DNA of 14,274 nt from Candidatus Asbonarchaeum danakilense (GTDB taxonomy: Archaea > Nanohalarchaeota > Nanosalinia > Nanosalinales > Nanoanaerosalinaceae): contig JAXINV010000008.1 in assembly GCA_034190465.1 (NCBI GenBank), forward strand, positions 29,351 to 43,624, read 5' to 3'. Under the pieces are notes generated by a model. It was not told the origin of the DNA. It did no database searches and saw only the letters and a program-made list of their open reading frames with translations. The position numbers and the translations under genes were made by a program. Below, piece by piece: positions 7,916-14,274 of the stretch; positions within the stretch are counted from its first letter, which is position 1, and each line of letters opens with the position of its first letter.

Positions 7916-8178
7916 CGTACCGTCCCCCAGAAAAACAGCAGGATGATGACCAGGTTCAGCCCGTGCACCAGCGCCGTCAACAGCGGCATCGTCACGTAGA
8001 ACACACTGGCGAACGTCAGCACCGCCTTCACGGCAAACACGCCGAACGCCGAGCAGACGTACAGGAACTTCCGCGACCGCTTCATCCGGTACGCGCGGAT
8101 CGAGACCACGAACAGCCCCGTGGCTAACAGCAGCGTGGCCGCATGGACGATATAGTCGATCGTCGTGGCCTCGATCAT
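7912..8178 (-). CDS. Small 3-TM membrane protein (88 aa), coupled to the wHTH regulator
   Basis: Three hydrophobic helices with a basic loop (SIRAYRMKRSRKFLYV). ATG 8178 has a GGAGG RBS and TTTAAAAA at 8214-8207, so the 8223 start is unlikely. Confidence 0.75.
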   Translation of the reverse strand: MIEATTIDYIVHAATLLLATGLFVVSIRAYRMKRSRKFLYVCSAFGVFAVKAVLTFASVFYVTMPLLTALVHGLNLVIILLFFWGTVR

Positions 8179-8253
8179 CCCCCCCTCCAGAGATACCGCG
8201 GCAACGTTTTTAAACACCGGCACTCCCCGCAGAAGGGTTTACACGTATCAACA

Positions 8254-8280
8254 GAACAGTCAGCCTGAACAGTCAGCCTG
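8254..8280. repeat. Perfect 13-bp tandem duplication GAACAGTCAGCCT x2 spanning the NAD kinase stop codon
   Basis: Directly read: gaacagtcagcct gaacagtcagcct g. Confidence 0.9.
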
Positions 8281-9133
8281 TCACCACCCGGAGCGGCTCA
8301 TCCGCCAGCTCCACCGTCGCGGTCGCGCCGCGCGGGAACTCGAACAGCATGTCCTCACGGTCACAGTCTATGCTGATGATACCGTCCACGTTCATCTTCG
8401 ACCGGAGCTCCAGCGACCCATCCTCCCCGACGCGGCCCCTGTTCAGCTCCTGGTCCCCGTCACGGACCGGCTCGCGCTCGATGTACCGCAGCTCATCAGC
8501 ATCGTTCGGGAACGTCCCCTCGTTTCCTGGCACGTTGCCGTACCAGCCGGTCGAGCCCGCACCCGTCGACACGACCAGCCCGCTGTTCATGTGCTCTTCC
8601 TCGTACTCACCGTCACTGATCTCGTACCGTGCAACCTCCATACTGTGCCGGTCCGCCACGAACACATCGTTCAACGCGTACGCCGTCTCCCCATCGTAGT
8701 GGACCGCCGCACGGCTCCACTCCTCAAGATCAGGATCGTGCAGTGCATCGTCCAGCGCTTCCTCAATCTCATCCGCCCCGTACTGGCACAGCGCACCGTG
8801 GCTGTTCTCATCCGACCGCACAGGCACCATCGGCGTATCATCCATCACATAGTGCGACGCATCCAGCGCCGTGCCGTCACCGCCAAGACTGACGACCAGA
8901 TCGTACGCCACGAAGTCGTCGTCCGCCTCCTCAGGCACCCGCACCGTGTCGTAGTCGACGCCTTCCGCCTCCAGCCACGACTCCACAGTCTCCAGCGACT
9001 CGTAGTGGTTCTCGTGGCCCTCCACGATCGGCTCGTACTCCTCGTCCGGCAGTTCCTCAGCCGGATCACCGTCCTCCTCGCGGTAGTGGTCCAGCGTCGT
9101 CTTCTTCGTCGCGATCATCACCTGCTCAGTCAT
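8273..9133 (-). CDS. nadK: NAD(+)/NADH kinase
   Basis: VVSLGGDGTAL (GGDGT), ALNDVFV (NE/D motif) and SGLVVSTGAGSTGW (Gly-rich motif); GGAGGT RBS. Confidence 0.88.
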   Translation of the reverse strand: MTEQVMIATKKTTLDHYREEDGDPAEELPDEEYEPIVEGHENHYESLETVESWLEAEGVDYDTVRVPEEADDDFVAYDLVVSLGGDGTALDASHYVMDDTPMVPVRSDENSHGALCQYGADEIEEALDDALHDPDLEEWSRAAVHYDGETAYALNDVFVADRHSMEVARYEISDGEYEEEHMNSGLVVSTGAGSTGWYGNVPGNEGTFPNDADELRYIEREPVRDGDQELNRGRVGEDGSLELRSKMNVDGIISIDCDREDMLFEFPRGATATVELADEPLRVVTG

Positions 9134-9216
9134 CGATACTACCTCCGTTCTCCGTCACAATCTGTGGGTCCATGCTTCTTGTGTCCTACGGAAGGGACCG
9201 GCCGACCCGTCCAGGG

Positions 9217-10017
9217 TCAACCCGCCAGCTCCTCCTTCCGCTGCTTCAGCTGTTCGACGTACATGGGGAACTCGCCAGCATGCCGTTCCAGATCCACATC
9301 ATCCATCTCACCGTTGAGGTACAGCGTTTCGAGCTGCTCGCGTCCATAGCTCTGCTGTGGTTCTGCTATTCCCTCAGCGAAGCTCCGTCCATCCTCGATC
9401 TCCCAGGTCGTAATGAACTCGACACCGCGGTCCTGCCAGTCCTCGAACGCCGCATCGCGGTCATCCCCGTCCAGCTCATGGATCGCGTCCTCCACGACAT
9501 AGACCTGATCGACATCGGTATCCTCAACGAAGTAGTCCACCGCCTGGTCGACGCAGATCTCCGTGACCACGCCGTAGATCGCGACCGCGTCCGGGTCGAC
9601 CGCCTCGACGTAGTCAGCCAGGTTCGGGTTGTCCCGGACATCCGGCGACCGCTTCTCGAAGATCACCTGGCCGCCGTCCGCAGCGTAGTCAGCGACCTCC
9701 GCCTGCTGGTCGTCGGTCAGCTCCTGCTCCGGCACGTACAGCGGATCCCGGGTCGTCGCATCCAGCTTCTGCTGGCCCGGTGTGCCGTCGACGCAGTGCG
9801 GCGGGTAGACCTCGAACTCAGGATCGTCAGGCTCGTGGGCGTCCACCGAGCCGCCGTGGTAGACGTCGCTGTCCGCCGCGTACTCCGTCAGGCGTGCCAT
9901 CCGGTCGACGCGGTCATCCGCGCCGGGTACCGCGAGTTTGCCGTCAGGGTCGATGAAGTCGTGCTGCGTGTCGACGTCCCAGAACAGGACGTCGTCCAGT
10001 GTTGTTGTGTCTGTCAT
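9217..10017 (-). CDS. pncA: Nicotinamidase (isochorismatase-family cysteine hydrolase)
   Basis: DVDTQHDF (catalytic Asp), DAH and PPHCVDGT (metal ligands), FEK (Lys) and GVVTEICV (Cys). Lies in an operon with pncB; GAGGTGA RBS. Confidence 0.9.
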   Translation of the reverse strand: MTDTTTLDDVLFWDVDTQHDFIDPDGKLAVPGADDRVDRMARLTEYAADSDVYHGGSVDAHEPDDPEFEVYPPHCVDGTPGQQKLDATTRDPLYVPEQELTDDQQAEVADYAADGGQVIFEKRSPDVRDNPNLADYVEAVDPDAVAIYGVVTEICVDQAVDYFVEDTDVDQVYVVEDAIHELDGDDRDAAFEDWQDRGVEFITTWEIEDGRSFAEGIAEPQQSYGREQLETLYLNGEMDDVDLERHAGEFPMYVEQLKQRKEELAG

Positions 10018-10028
10018 GGTTGCTCACC

Positions 10029-10610
10029 TCAGTATGTGTCCTGCGCATCCGTGTACCGTTCTGCAACCGCGAGCACGTAGTCCTCACCGAGCACGTCCAC
10101 GGGATCGGCTCCTTCCTCCACCGCCGCCCAGTCGTCCTCGTCCAGCTCGTACGGCGAGCCGTCGTGCCACGGCCCGATACCGCTGATCTCGATGTCGTCG
10201 TAGCCCTCCTGCTTCAGGAACCGTTCCAGGTCGCGGGACGCCTCCAGCCGGATCTGCTCGCGCTCCGCCTGCTGCTTCACGTCCTCGTACAGCTCGCCGT
10301 CGGTCGCGTCCTGCTGCTCCAGCGCCGCCAGCTCGACGCGGGCCTCGCCCAGGTACTGCTCCACCGCCTCTGCCGGCTCCCGGTCATCGTCCCAGATCAC
10401 GTCCCATTCGCGTTCATGGATCCGGAACCGGTCGCTGAAGTACTGCAGCCCGATGCCCTCCGCCTGCTCGCGGGACAGGCCGTACTCCTGCTGCAGCCGG
10501 TCGCGGAACGCCTCCGTGTACTCGTTCTGCTTCCTGCCGCGGGCCATCCAGTCCGCCTCGTACGGGTGGGTCAGGTCCACCACGATCGCGTCGTCGTGCT
10601 CGTCTGTCAT
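10029..10610 (-). CDS. Hypothetical acidic protein (193 aa) in the NAD salvage operon
   Basis: Fills the gap between neighbours with 10-11 nt spacers; GAGGCGG RBS; acidic halophile-type composition. No motif recognised. Confidence 0.8.
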   Translation of the reverse strand: MTDEHDDAIVVDLTHPYEADWMARGRKQNEYTEAFRDRLQQEYGLSREQAEGIGLQYFSDRFRIHEREWDVIWDDDREPAEAVEQYLGEARVELAALEQQDATDGELYEDVKQQAEREQIRLEASRDLERFLKQEGYDDIEISGIGPWHDGSPYELDEDDWAAVEEGADPVDVLGEDYVLAVAERYTDAQDTY

Positions 10611-10620
10611 CCCGACCGCC

Positions 10621-11028
10621 TCAGCCGTTCACCGGGTACCGGATCGCCGGTGGCTCGTCCTCCAGGTTTGTCAGCCGCTCCGCCAGCAGGTCGATGTGCT
10701 CCGCTGTGCCGCGGTAGATCGACGCCAGATAGTCCTCCGGCGACCTGCAGCCGTCCCAGTCGTGGTAGCCGCCGCCACGGGTCTCGACGCCGTCAGGGGT
10801 CAGCACCTCCTCGTAGTCGAAATCCATGCGGCCGCGTTCCTCGACCTCCAGCAGCGTCACCGGGTCATCGATCTCCTCCTGCAGCTCGCCGAGTGCCTCG
10901 ACCACCGTGTCCCTGTATTCTTCACGCGCGTCCTGGCGCTGCTGCCTGACATCCTCGTACAGCTCATCGATCGCGTCCAGCCGCGCTTCCTGCCGGTCGA
11001 GCTCGCCCCTGTAGTCGTCGAACTGCAT
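10621..11028 (-). CDS. Hypothetical acidic protein (135 aa) with a predicted N-terminal coiled coil
   Basis: Starts 1 nt after the pncB stop; AGGTGA RBS; helical heptad-like N-terminus. Confidence 0.8.
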   Translation of the reverse strand: MQFDDYRGELDRQEARLDAIDELYEDVRQQRQDAREEYRDTVVEALGELQEEIDDPVTLLEVEERGRMDFDYEEVLTPDGVETRGGGYHDWDGCRSPEDYLASIYRGTAEHIDLLAERLTNLEDEPPAIRYPVNG

Positions 11029-11029
11029 C

Positions 11030-12262
11030 TCAGATCACCTGCTCCATGTGTTCGTCGATGTAGGTTTCCATCGCCTCGATGTCCTGCTCCCGGCCGGTCT
11101 TCGCCATCGGCTCGCCGTCCACCGCGTAGATGTCGGCCGTGCAGTGGATGCCGTCGTCGAAGCTGCCGGCACCGACACCGTGGAACAGGTCGTACGACTC
11201 GCCGAACTTTTCCTGGCTCTCCTCGCGGTACTCGTGCTGGGCATCGACGAACGCCTCCGCCTTGTCCGGATCGCCGAAGCCGGAGGACAGGATGATCTCC
11301 GTGTTGTCGCCGTATCCCTCCTCGATCAGGCGGTCACGGAGCGCCTTCACCGGCTCGATGCGGACACCTGTCCCCGTACGGTAATCGTCGGCCGGGTCGA
11401 CGTCGGCCGGGTCCATGCCCTGGGCGTGGTTCTCGCCACAGGTGTCGACGCGGAACTTCGCGGTCCAGTCGTCGCCGTCCCGCTCCTCGTCAAAGTAGCG
11501 GGCCACGTCCAGCGCGTCGTCGATCTCCCGGTTGAACGTGTCGATCAGCGTCGTCCGGGGGATGTCGTCGTCCATGTGCTCGTCGAACAGCTCTGCCGTC
11601 CTCCGGGTGGCGTTCGCCGGGGAGTAGTCCTCGGAGCCGGCCAGCGTCAGCGTCAGGAAGTGCGGCGTGGTGCCGACGCCCTCCGCATCGATGTTCGATG
11701 AACCGACATCCGTCGAGGTCTGGACCGCACCCGCGTCCAGCACACCGGCAGCCAGTTCATCGTCCTTCGACCAGTGGTAGTGCCGGGCGCCGAAGTAGAG
11801 GAACGGCACGTCCGCCTCGTCGTACAGCTCGGCGACCTTCGCCGCTTCCTCCCGCATGTCCTCGTAGGTCGGCGTGTCGACGCCGTTGGCCTCGGACAGG
11901 TGGTGGGACATCGCGCCCAGGTACATCGTCTCCAGCTCGACCACGTCCTGCGCCTTGCCCTTGAGCACCATCAGCGGGTCCTTCGATCCGAACTCGTCCT
12001 CCTCCGTCAGGTAGAGCTCGCCGCCGTTGTCGGAGAACGCCGGCTCCGCGTACTCCTCCACGATCGCCTGGGCCTCGGCCAGCGCCTCGTCCGGGATCTC
12101 GCCCTCGCCGCGTGCGAAGACCTTGACAGCGACGTCGGGGTTGGTCTCATCCGCCTCCAGGATCTGCCGGCTGCGCATGAAGTATTTGTCCGTGTACGGT
12201 CGGTGGTCGTCCGGCAGCTCGTCGCGGAACCGTTCCACCAGCTCGTCGTGCTCGTCGTCCAT
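11030..12262 (-). CDS. pncB: Nicotinate phosphoribosyltransferase (type II PRTase)
   Basis: YTDKYF, ELETMYLG, FGARH, GTTPH (phospho-His position), LIDTFN, RVDT, IILSSGF and TADI motifs; GGAGGTG RBS; same operon as pncA. Confidence 0.88.
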   Translation of the reverse strand: MDDEHDELVERFRDELPDDHRPYTDKYFMRSRQILEADETNPDVAVKVFARGEGEIPDEALAEAQAIVEEYAEPAFSDNGGELYLTEEDEFGSKDPLMVLKGKAQDVVELETMYLGAMSHHLSEANGVDTPTYEDMREEAAKVAELYDEADVPFLYFGARHYHWSKDDELAAGVLDAGAVQTSTDVGSSNIDAEGVGTTPHFLTLTLAGSEDYSPANATRRTAELFDEHMDDDIPRTTLIDTFNREIDDALDVARYFDEERDGDDWTAKFRVDTCGENHAQGMDPADVDPADDYRTGTGVRIEPVKALRDRLIEEGYGDNTEIILSSGFGDPDKAEAFVDAQHEYREESQEKFGESYDLFHGVGAGSFDDGIHCTADIYAVDGEPMAKTGREQDIEAMETYIDEHMEQVI

Positions 12263-12265
12263 CGG

Positions 12266-12655
12266 TCACACCTCCCCGTACTGCTCGACCAGGTCCTCGA
12301 CCTCGTCCGCCCAGTCGTGGAGCGCCGCGTGTTTGTCCATCAGGACGCCGTCAGGGTCGGGCAGCGCCGGGATCTCGTCCAGGTCCGCCTGCTCCGCTTC
12401 GAGGTACGAGGTCAGGGCCTCGCCGACCGCCACGTCGCCGGCGTACATCCAGTAGGCGTGGTCGCTGGATGCGTTGCGCTGCGATTCGCGGGCGTCGGCC
12501 AAGTAGTCCTCCGCCTGGTCCAGCGCCTCCTCAGTGTCCAGCCCGCGGTACTTGGCCACGGTGCGGCTCGTCTCGTTTGGATCGCCGGTGATGACGTACT
12601 CCAGCGTGTCAAAAAATGCCTCCCGGTCCGGTTCGGTCGTGTCATACTCGTCCAT
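12266..12655 (-). CDS. Hypothetical acidic protein (129 aa), first gene of the NAD salvage operon
   Basis: ATG 12655 is preceded by AGGTGA (the GTG at 12664 is part of the RBS); ends 3 nt before pncB. Confidence 0.8.
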   Translation of the reverse strand: MDEYDTTEPDREAFFDTLEYVITGDPNETSRTVAKYRGLDTEEALDQAEDYLADARESQRNASSDHAYWMYAGDVAVGEALTSYLEAEQADLDEIPALPDPDGVLMDKHAALHDWADEVEDLVEQYGEV

Positions 12656-12665
12656 CGCGATCACC

Positions 12666-12708
12666 TTCGTGTTTTTCTAACACTAACTTAGTGTGTTCTT
12701 TACACGAA
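12666..12708. promoter_or_regulatory. Tandem pair of NrtR boxes: TTCGTGT-TTTTCTA-ACACTAA (12666-12686) and TTAGTGT-GTTCTTT-ACACGAA (12688-12708)
   Basis: Two 21-bp GT-N7-AC palindromes 1 bp apart, between the TATA box and the RBS of the NAD operon. Confidence 0.9.
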
Positions 12709-12712
12709 AAGC

Positions 12713-12720
12713 TTTATATA
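12713..12720. promoter_or_regulatory. TATA box TTTATATA / TATATAAA in the divergent intergenic region
   Basis: Consensus archaeal TATA readable on both strands, with a BRE-like CGAAAA immediately upstream on the plus strand. Confidence 0.75.
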
Positions 12721-12722
12721 GG

Positions 12723-12743
12723 TAATTGTAGATTCGACACGAA
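12723..12743. promoter_or_regulatory. Third, weaker NrtR box: TAATTGT-AGATTCG-ACACGAA
   Basis: GT-N7-AC core with a perfect right arm (ACACGAA) and a degenerate left arm. Confidence 0.65.
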
Positions 12744-12815
12744 GGTTCATGCGGGTTAACCGGCAACAGCTAGAAAAAGGACAGGCCCCCATCTCCGGAC
12801 GGACAGTGACCCGGT

Positions 12816-13013
12816 ATGAGCGAGGATCTTGACCAGCTGGCGGACGCGGTCGAAGACTGGAAACAGGCGAAATACTTCGTCGAGCGGCTGACACAGTCCC
12901 TGTTCGACGCCGACGTCGACCCCGAGAAGTTCAAAGACGAGTTCGTCCAGGACGGCCACCCGGTCGACCAGAAACTGTTCGACCTCGCCGCCGACCTCGC
13001 CGGAGAACGATGA
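12816..13013 (+). CDS. Small acidic hypothetical protein (65 aa) coupled to the photolyase
   Basis: GAC/GAG-rich codons; the stop overlaps the photolyase ATG (ATGA at 13010-13013). Confidence 0.75.
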   Translation: MSEDLDQLADAVEDWKQAKYFVERLTQSLFDADVDPEKFKDEFVQDGHPVDQKLFDLAADLAGER

Positions 13014-14274
13014 CAGGCATCGTCTGGCTGCGGCGGGCGATGCGCGTCCACGACAACACCGCGCTCGTCCAGGCCGCGGAGGACCACGACGACGTCATCC
13101 CGTGCTACGTCGTCGACGACGAGCTGTTCGACAGCGCGACGCTGGGCTACCCGCGGGTCAAGTTCTGGCACGACGCGCTGCACGACCTCCAGGACCAGCT
13201 GCAGGAACAGGGCAGCGACCTCGTCGTGCGGCAGGGCAGCCCGGTCGAGGAACTCCAGCGGATCGTCGACGAGACGGACGCTGACGCGGTCTACCACAAC
13301 CGGGACTACACCCCGTACGCCAGGGAACGCGACGAAGCTGTCGGCGGGGCGCTCGACGTGCCGGTCACGAGCTGCAAGGACCTCGTCATGTTCGAGAAGG
13401 ACGAGATCCTGACCAACAGCGGCACACCGTACAAGGTCTACAGCTACTACCGCGACAAATGGTTCGACCGGGACAAGCCGCGGCCCGCGGAGCCGGACGG
13501 CTTCACCACGCCCGACCTCGACAGCGACGACATACCCTCGGTAGAGGCGCTGGGCCACGAGGAACCCGACGACTTCGACTGGATCTGGGACGCGTCGAGG
13601 GACGGCGCACAGCAGCGGCTCGAGGAGTTCAAGGAGAAGATAGCGCACTACGACAACCTGCGGGACCTGCCCGCGCGGGACGCCACGTCACGGCTCTCAC
13701 CGCACCTCAAGTTCGGGACCGTCTCGGTGCGGGAGGTGTTCTGGGAGGCGGAACGGATGCGCGGCCGGCTGAACGACGCGGACGGGGTCACCACCTGGCA
13801 GGAGGAGCTGGCGTGGCGCGACTTCTACGTCCAGGTCCTGTGGCACTGGCCGGAGACGACCGAGCAGGCGTTCCTCGAGCAGTACCGGGGCATCGACTGG
13901 CACTGGGACGACGAGCACCAGCGGATGTGGCAGGCGTTCCTGGAAGGACAGACTGGCTTCCCGTTCGTCGACGCCGGGATGCGGCAGCTGCGGCGGACGG
14001 GCTGGATGCACAACCGGCCGAGGATGGTCGTCGCCAGCTTCGCCGCCAAGGATCTGCACGTCGACTGGCGGAAGCTGCACGAGCACTTCAAGACCTGGTT
14101 CGTCGACGCGGAGATCGCCTCCATGGTTGGCGGCATCCAGTGGGCGTACAGCATCGGCACCGACGCCCAGCCGTACTTCCGCGTCTTCAACCCGTGGACC
14201 CAGGGCGAGGACCACGACCCCGACGGCGACTACATCCGCGAGTTCGTGCCGGAGCTGCGTGACGTGCCGGACGA
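13010..14274 (+). CDS. phr: Deoxyribodipyrimidine (CPD) photolyase / cryptochrome family protein; 3' end runs off the window
   Basis: Hand translation: MTGIVWLRRAMRVHDNTAL...TSRLSPHLKFGTVSVR...WQEELAWRDFY...GQTGFPFVDAGMRQLRRTGWMHNRPRMVVASF...GTDAQPYFRVFNPWTQGEDHDPDGDYIREFVPEL. Absent from the ORF track because there is no stop in the window. Confidence 0.95.
   Translation, partial: MTGIVWLRRAMRVHDNTALVQAAEDHDDVIPCYVVDDELFDSATLGYPRVKFWHDALHDLQDQLQEQGSDLVVRQGSPVEELQRIVDETDADAVYHNRDYTPYARERDEAVGGALDVPVTSCKDLVMFEKDEILTNSGTPYKVYSYYRDKWFDRDKPRPAEPDGFTTPDLDSDDIPSVEALGHEEPDDFDWIWDASRDGAQQRLEEFKEKIAHYDNLRDLPARDATSRLSPHLKFGTVSVREVFWEAERMRGRLNDADGVTTWQEELAWRDFYVQVLWHWPETTEQAFLEQYRGIDWHWDDEHQRMWQAFLEGQTGFPFVDAGMRQLRRTGWMHNRPRMVVASFAAKDLHVDWRKLHEHFKTWFVDAEIASMVGGIQWAYSIGTDAQPYFRVFNPWTQGEDHDPDGDYIREFVPELRDVPD

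Noticed and set aside
8200..8250. Possible NrtR box before the small membrane gene (GTTTTTAAACAC; TTTACACG)
   Set aside because: GT-AC spacing is 6 or 8 rather than 7, and the second is only a partial half-site; the first is simply the TATA box.
9126..9218. 15-aa mini-ORF (9126-9173, minus) and short hairpin GACCC-GTCCA-GGGTC in the pncA-nadK gap
   Set aside because: Too short, no RBS, and a 5-bp stem is expected by chance; no support for a riboswitch or ncRNA.
11030..12262. Calling the PRTase a phage-type NAD reconstitution (NARP) Nampt/Namat enzyme
   Set aside because: Motifs and the pncA linkage fit nicotinate PRTase; no PRPP-synthetase-like or Nmnat partner and no viral genes are in the window.
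9172..12691. Long plus-strand ORFs opposite the NAD operon
   Set aside because: Val/Leu/Arg-rich antisense frames of acidic genes; the minus-strand frames carry the recognisable motifs and RBSs.
12666..12743. Repeated palindromes as a mini-CRISPR or transposon ends
   Set aside because: No unique spacers of CRISPR length and no cas or transposase gene; better explained as NrtR operators.
12749..12832. 27-aa upstream ORF MRVNRQQLEKGQAPISGRTVTRYERGS after the TATA box
   Set aside because: Basic composition unlike the host, overlaps the 12816 ORF out of frame, and has no further evidence.
12770..14262. ORFs 12770-13648 (-), 13459-14262 (+) and 13697-14215 (-)
   Set aside because: Shadows of the photolyase frame starting at 13010.

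Overview
High-GC, gene-dense window from a halophilic archaeon. Evidence: very acidic cytoplasmic proteins, TATA-box promoters, GGTGA/GGAGG ribosome-binding sites and ATGA gene overlaps. The compact layout would fit a nanohaloarchaeon, but this cannot be proven here. Left to right: a HAD-family hydrolase (partial, missed by the ORF track); a COG1361/S-layer-like protein and two half-size MMPL/RND transporters divergent from a TetR regulator; an atypical HipA/PI3K-like kinase; a cysteine-free MutY; an NrtR (Nudix + wHTH) regulator; a wHTH/small membrane protein pair; a six-gene NAD-salvage operon (unknown ORF, pncB, two unknown ORFs, pncA, NAD kinase); and a divergent small ORF plus CPD photolyase (partial, missed by the ORF track). 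The main discovery is four copies of a 21-bp palindrome, TT(C/A)GTGT-N7-ACAC(G/T)AA, which has the NrtR GT-N7-AC signature. One copy lies directly before nrtR and three surround the TATA box between the NAD operon and the photolyase unit. Together they define a candidate archaeal ADP-ribose-responsive NrtR regulon containing three uncharacterised genes. The photolyase also lacks the canonical flavin-N5 Asn and the proximal Trp of the Trp triad.
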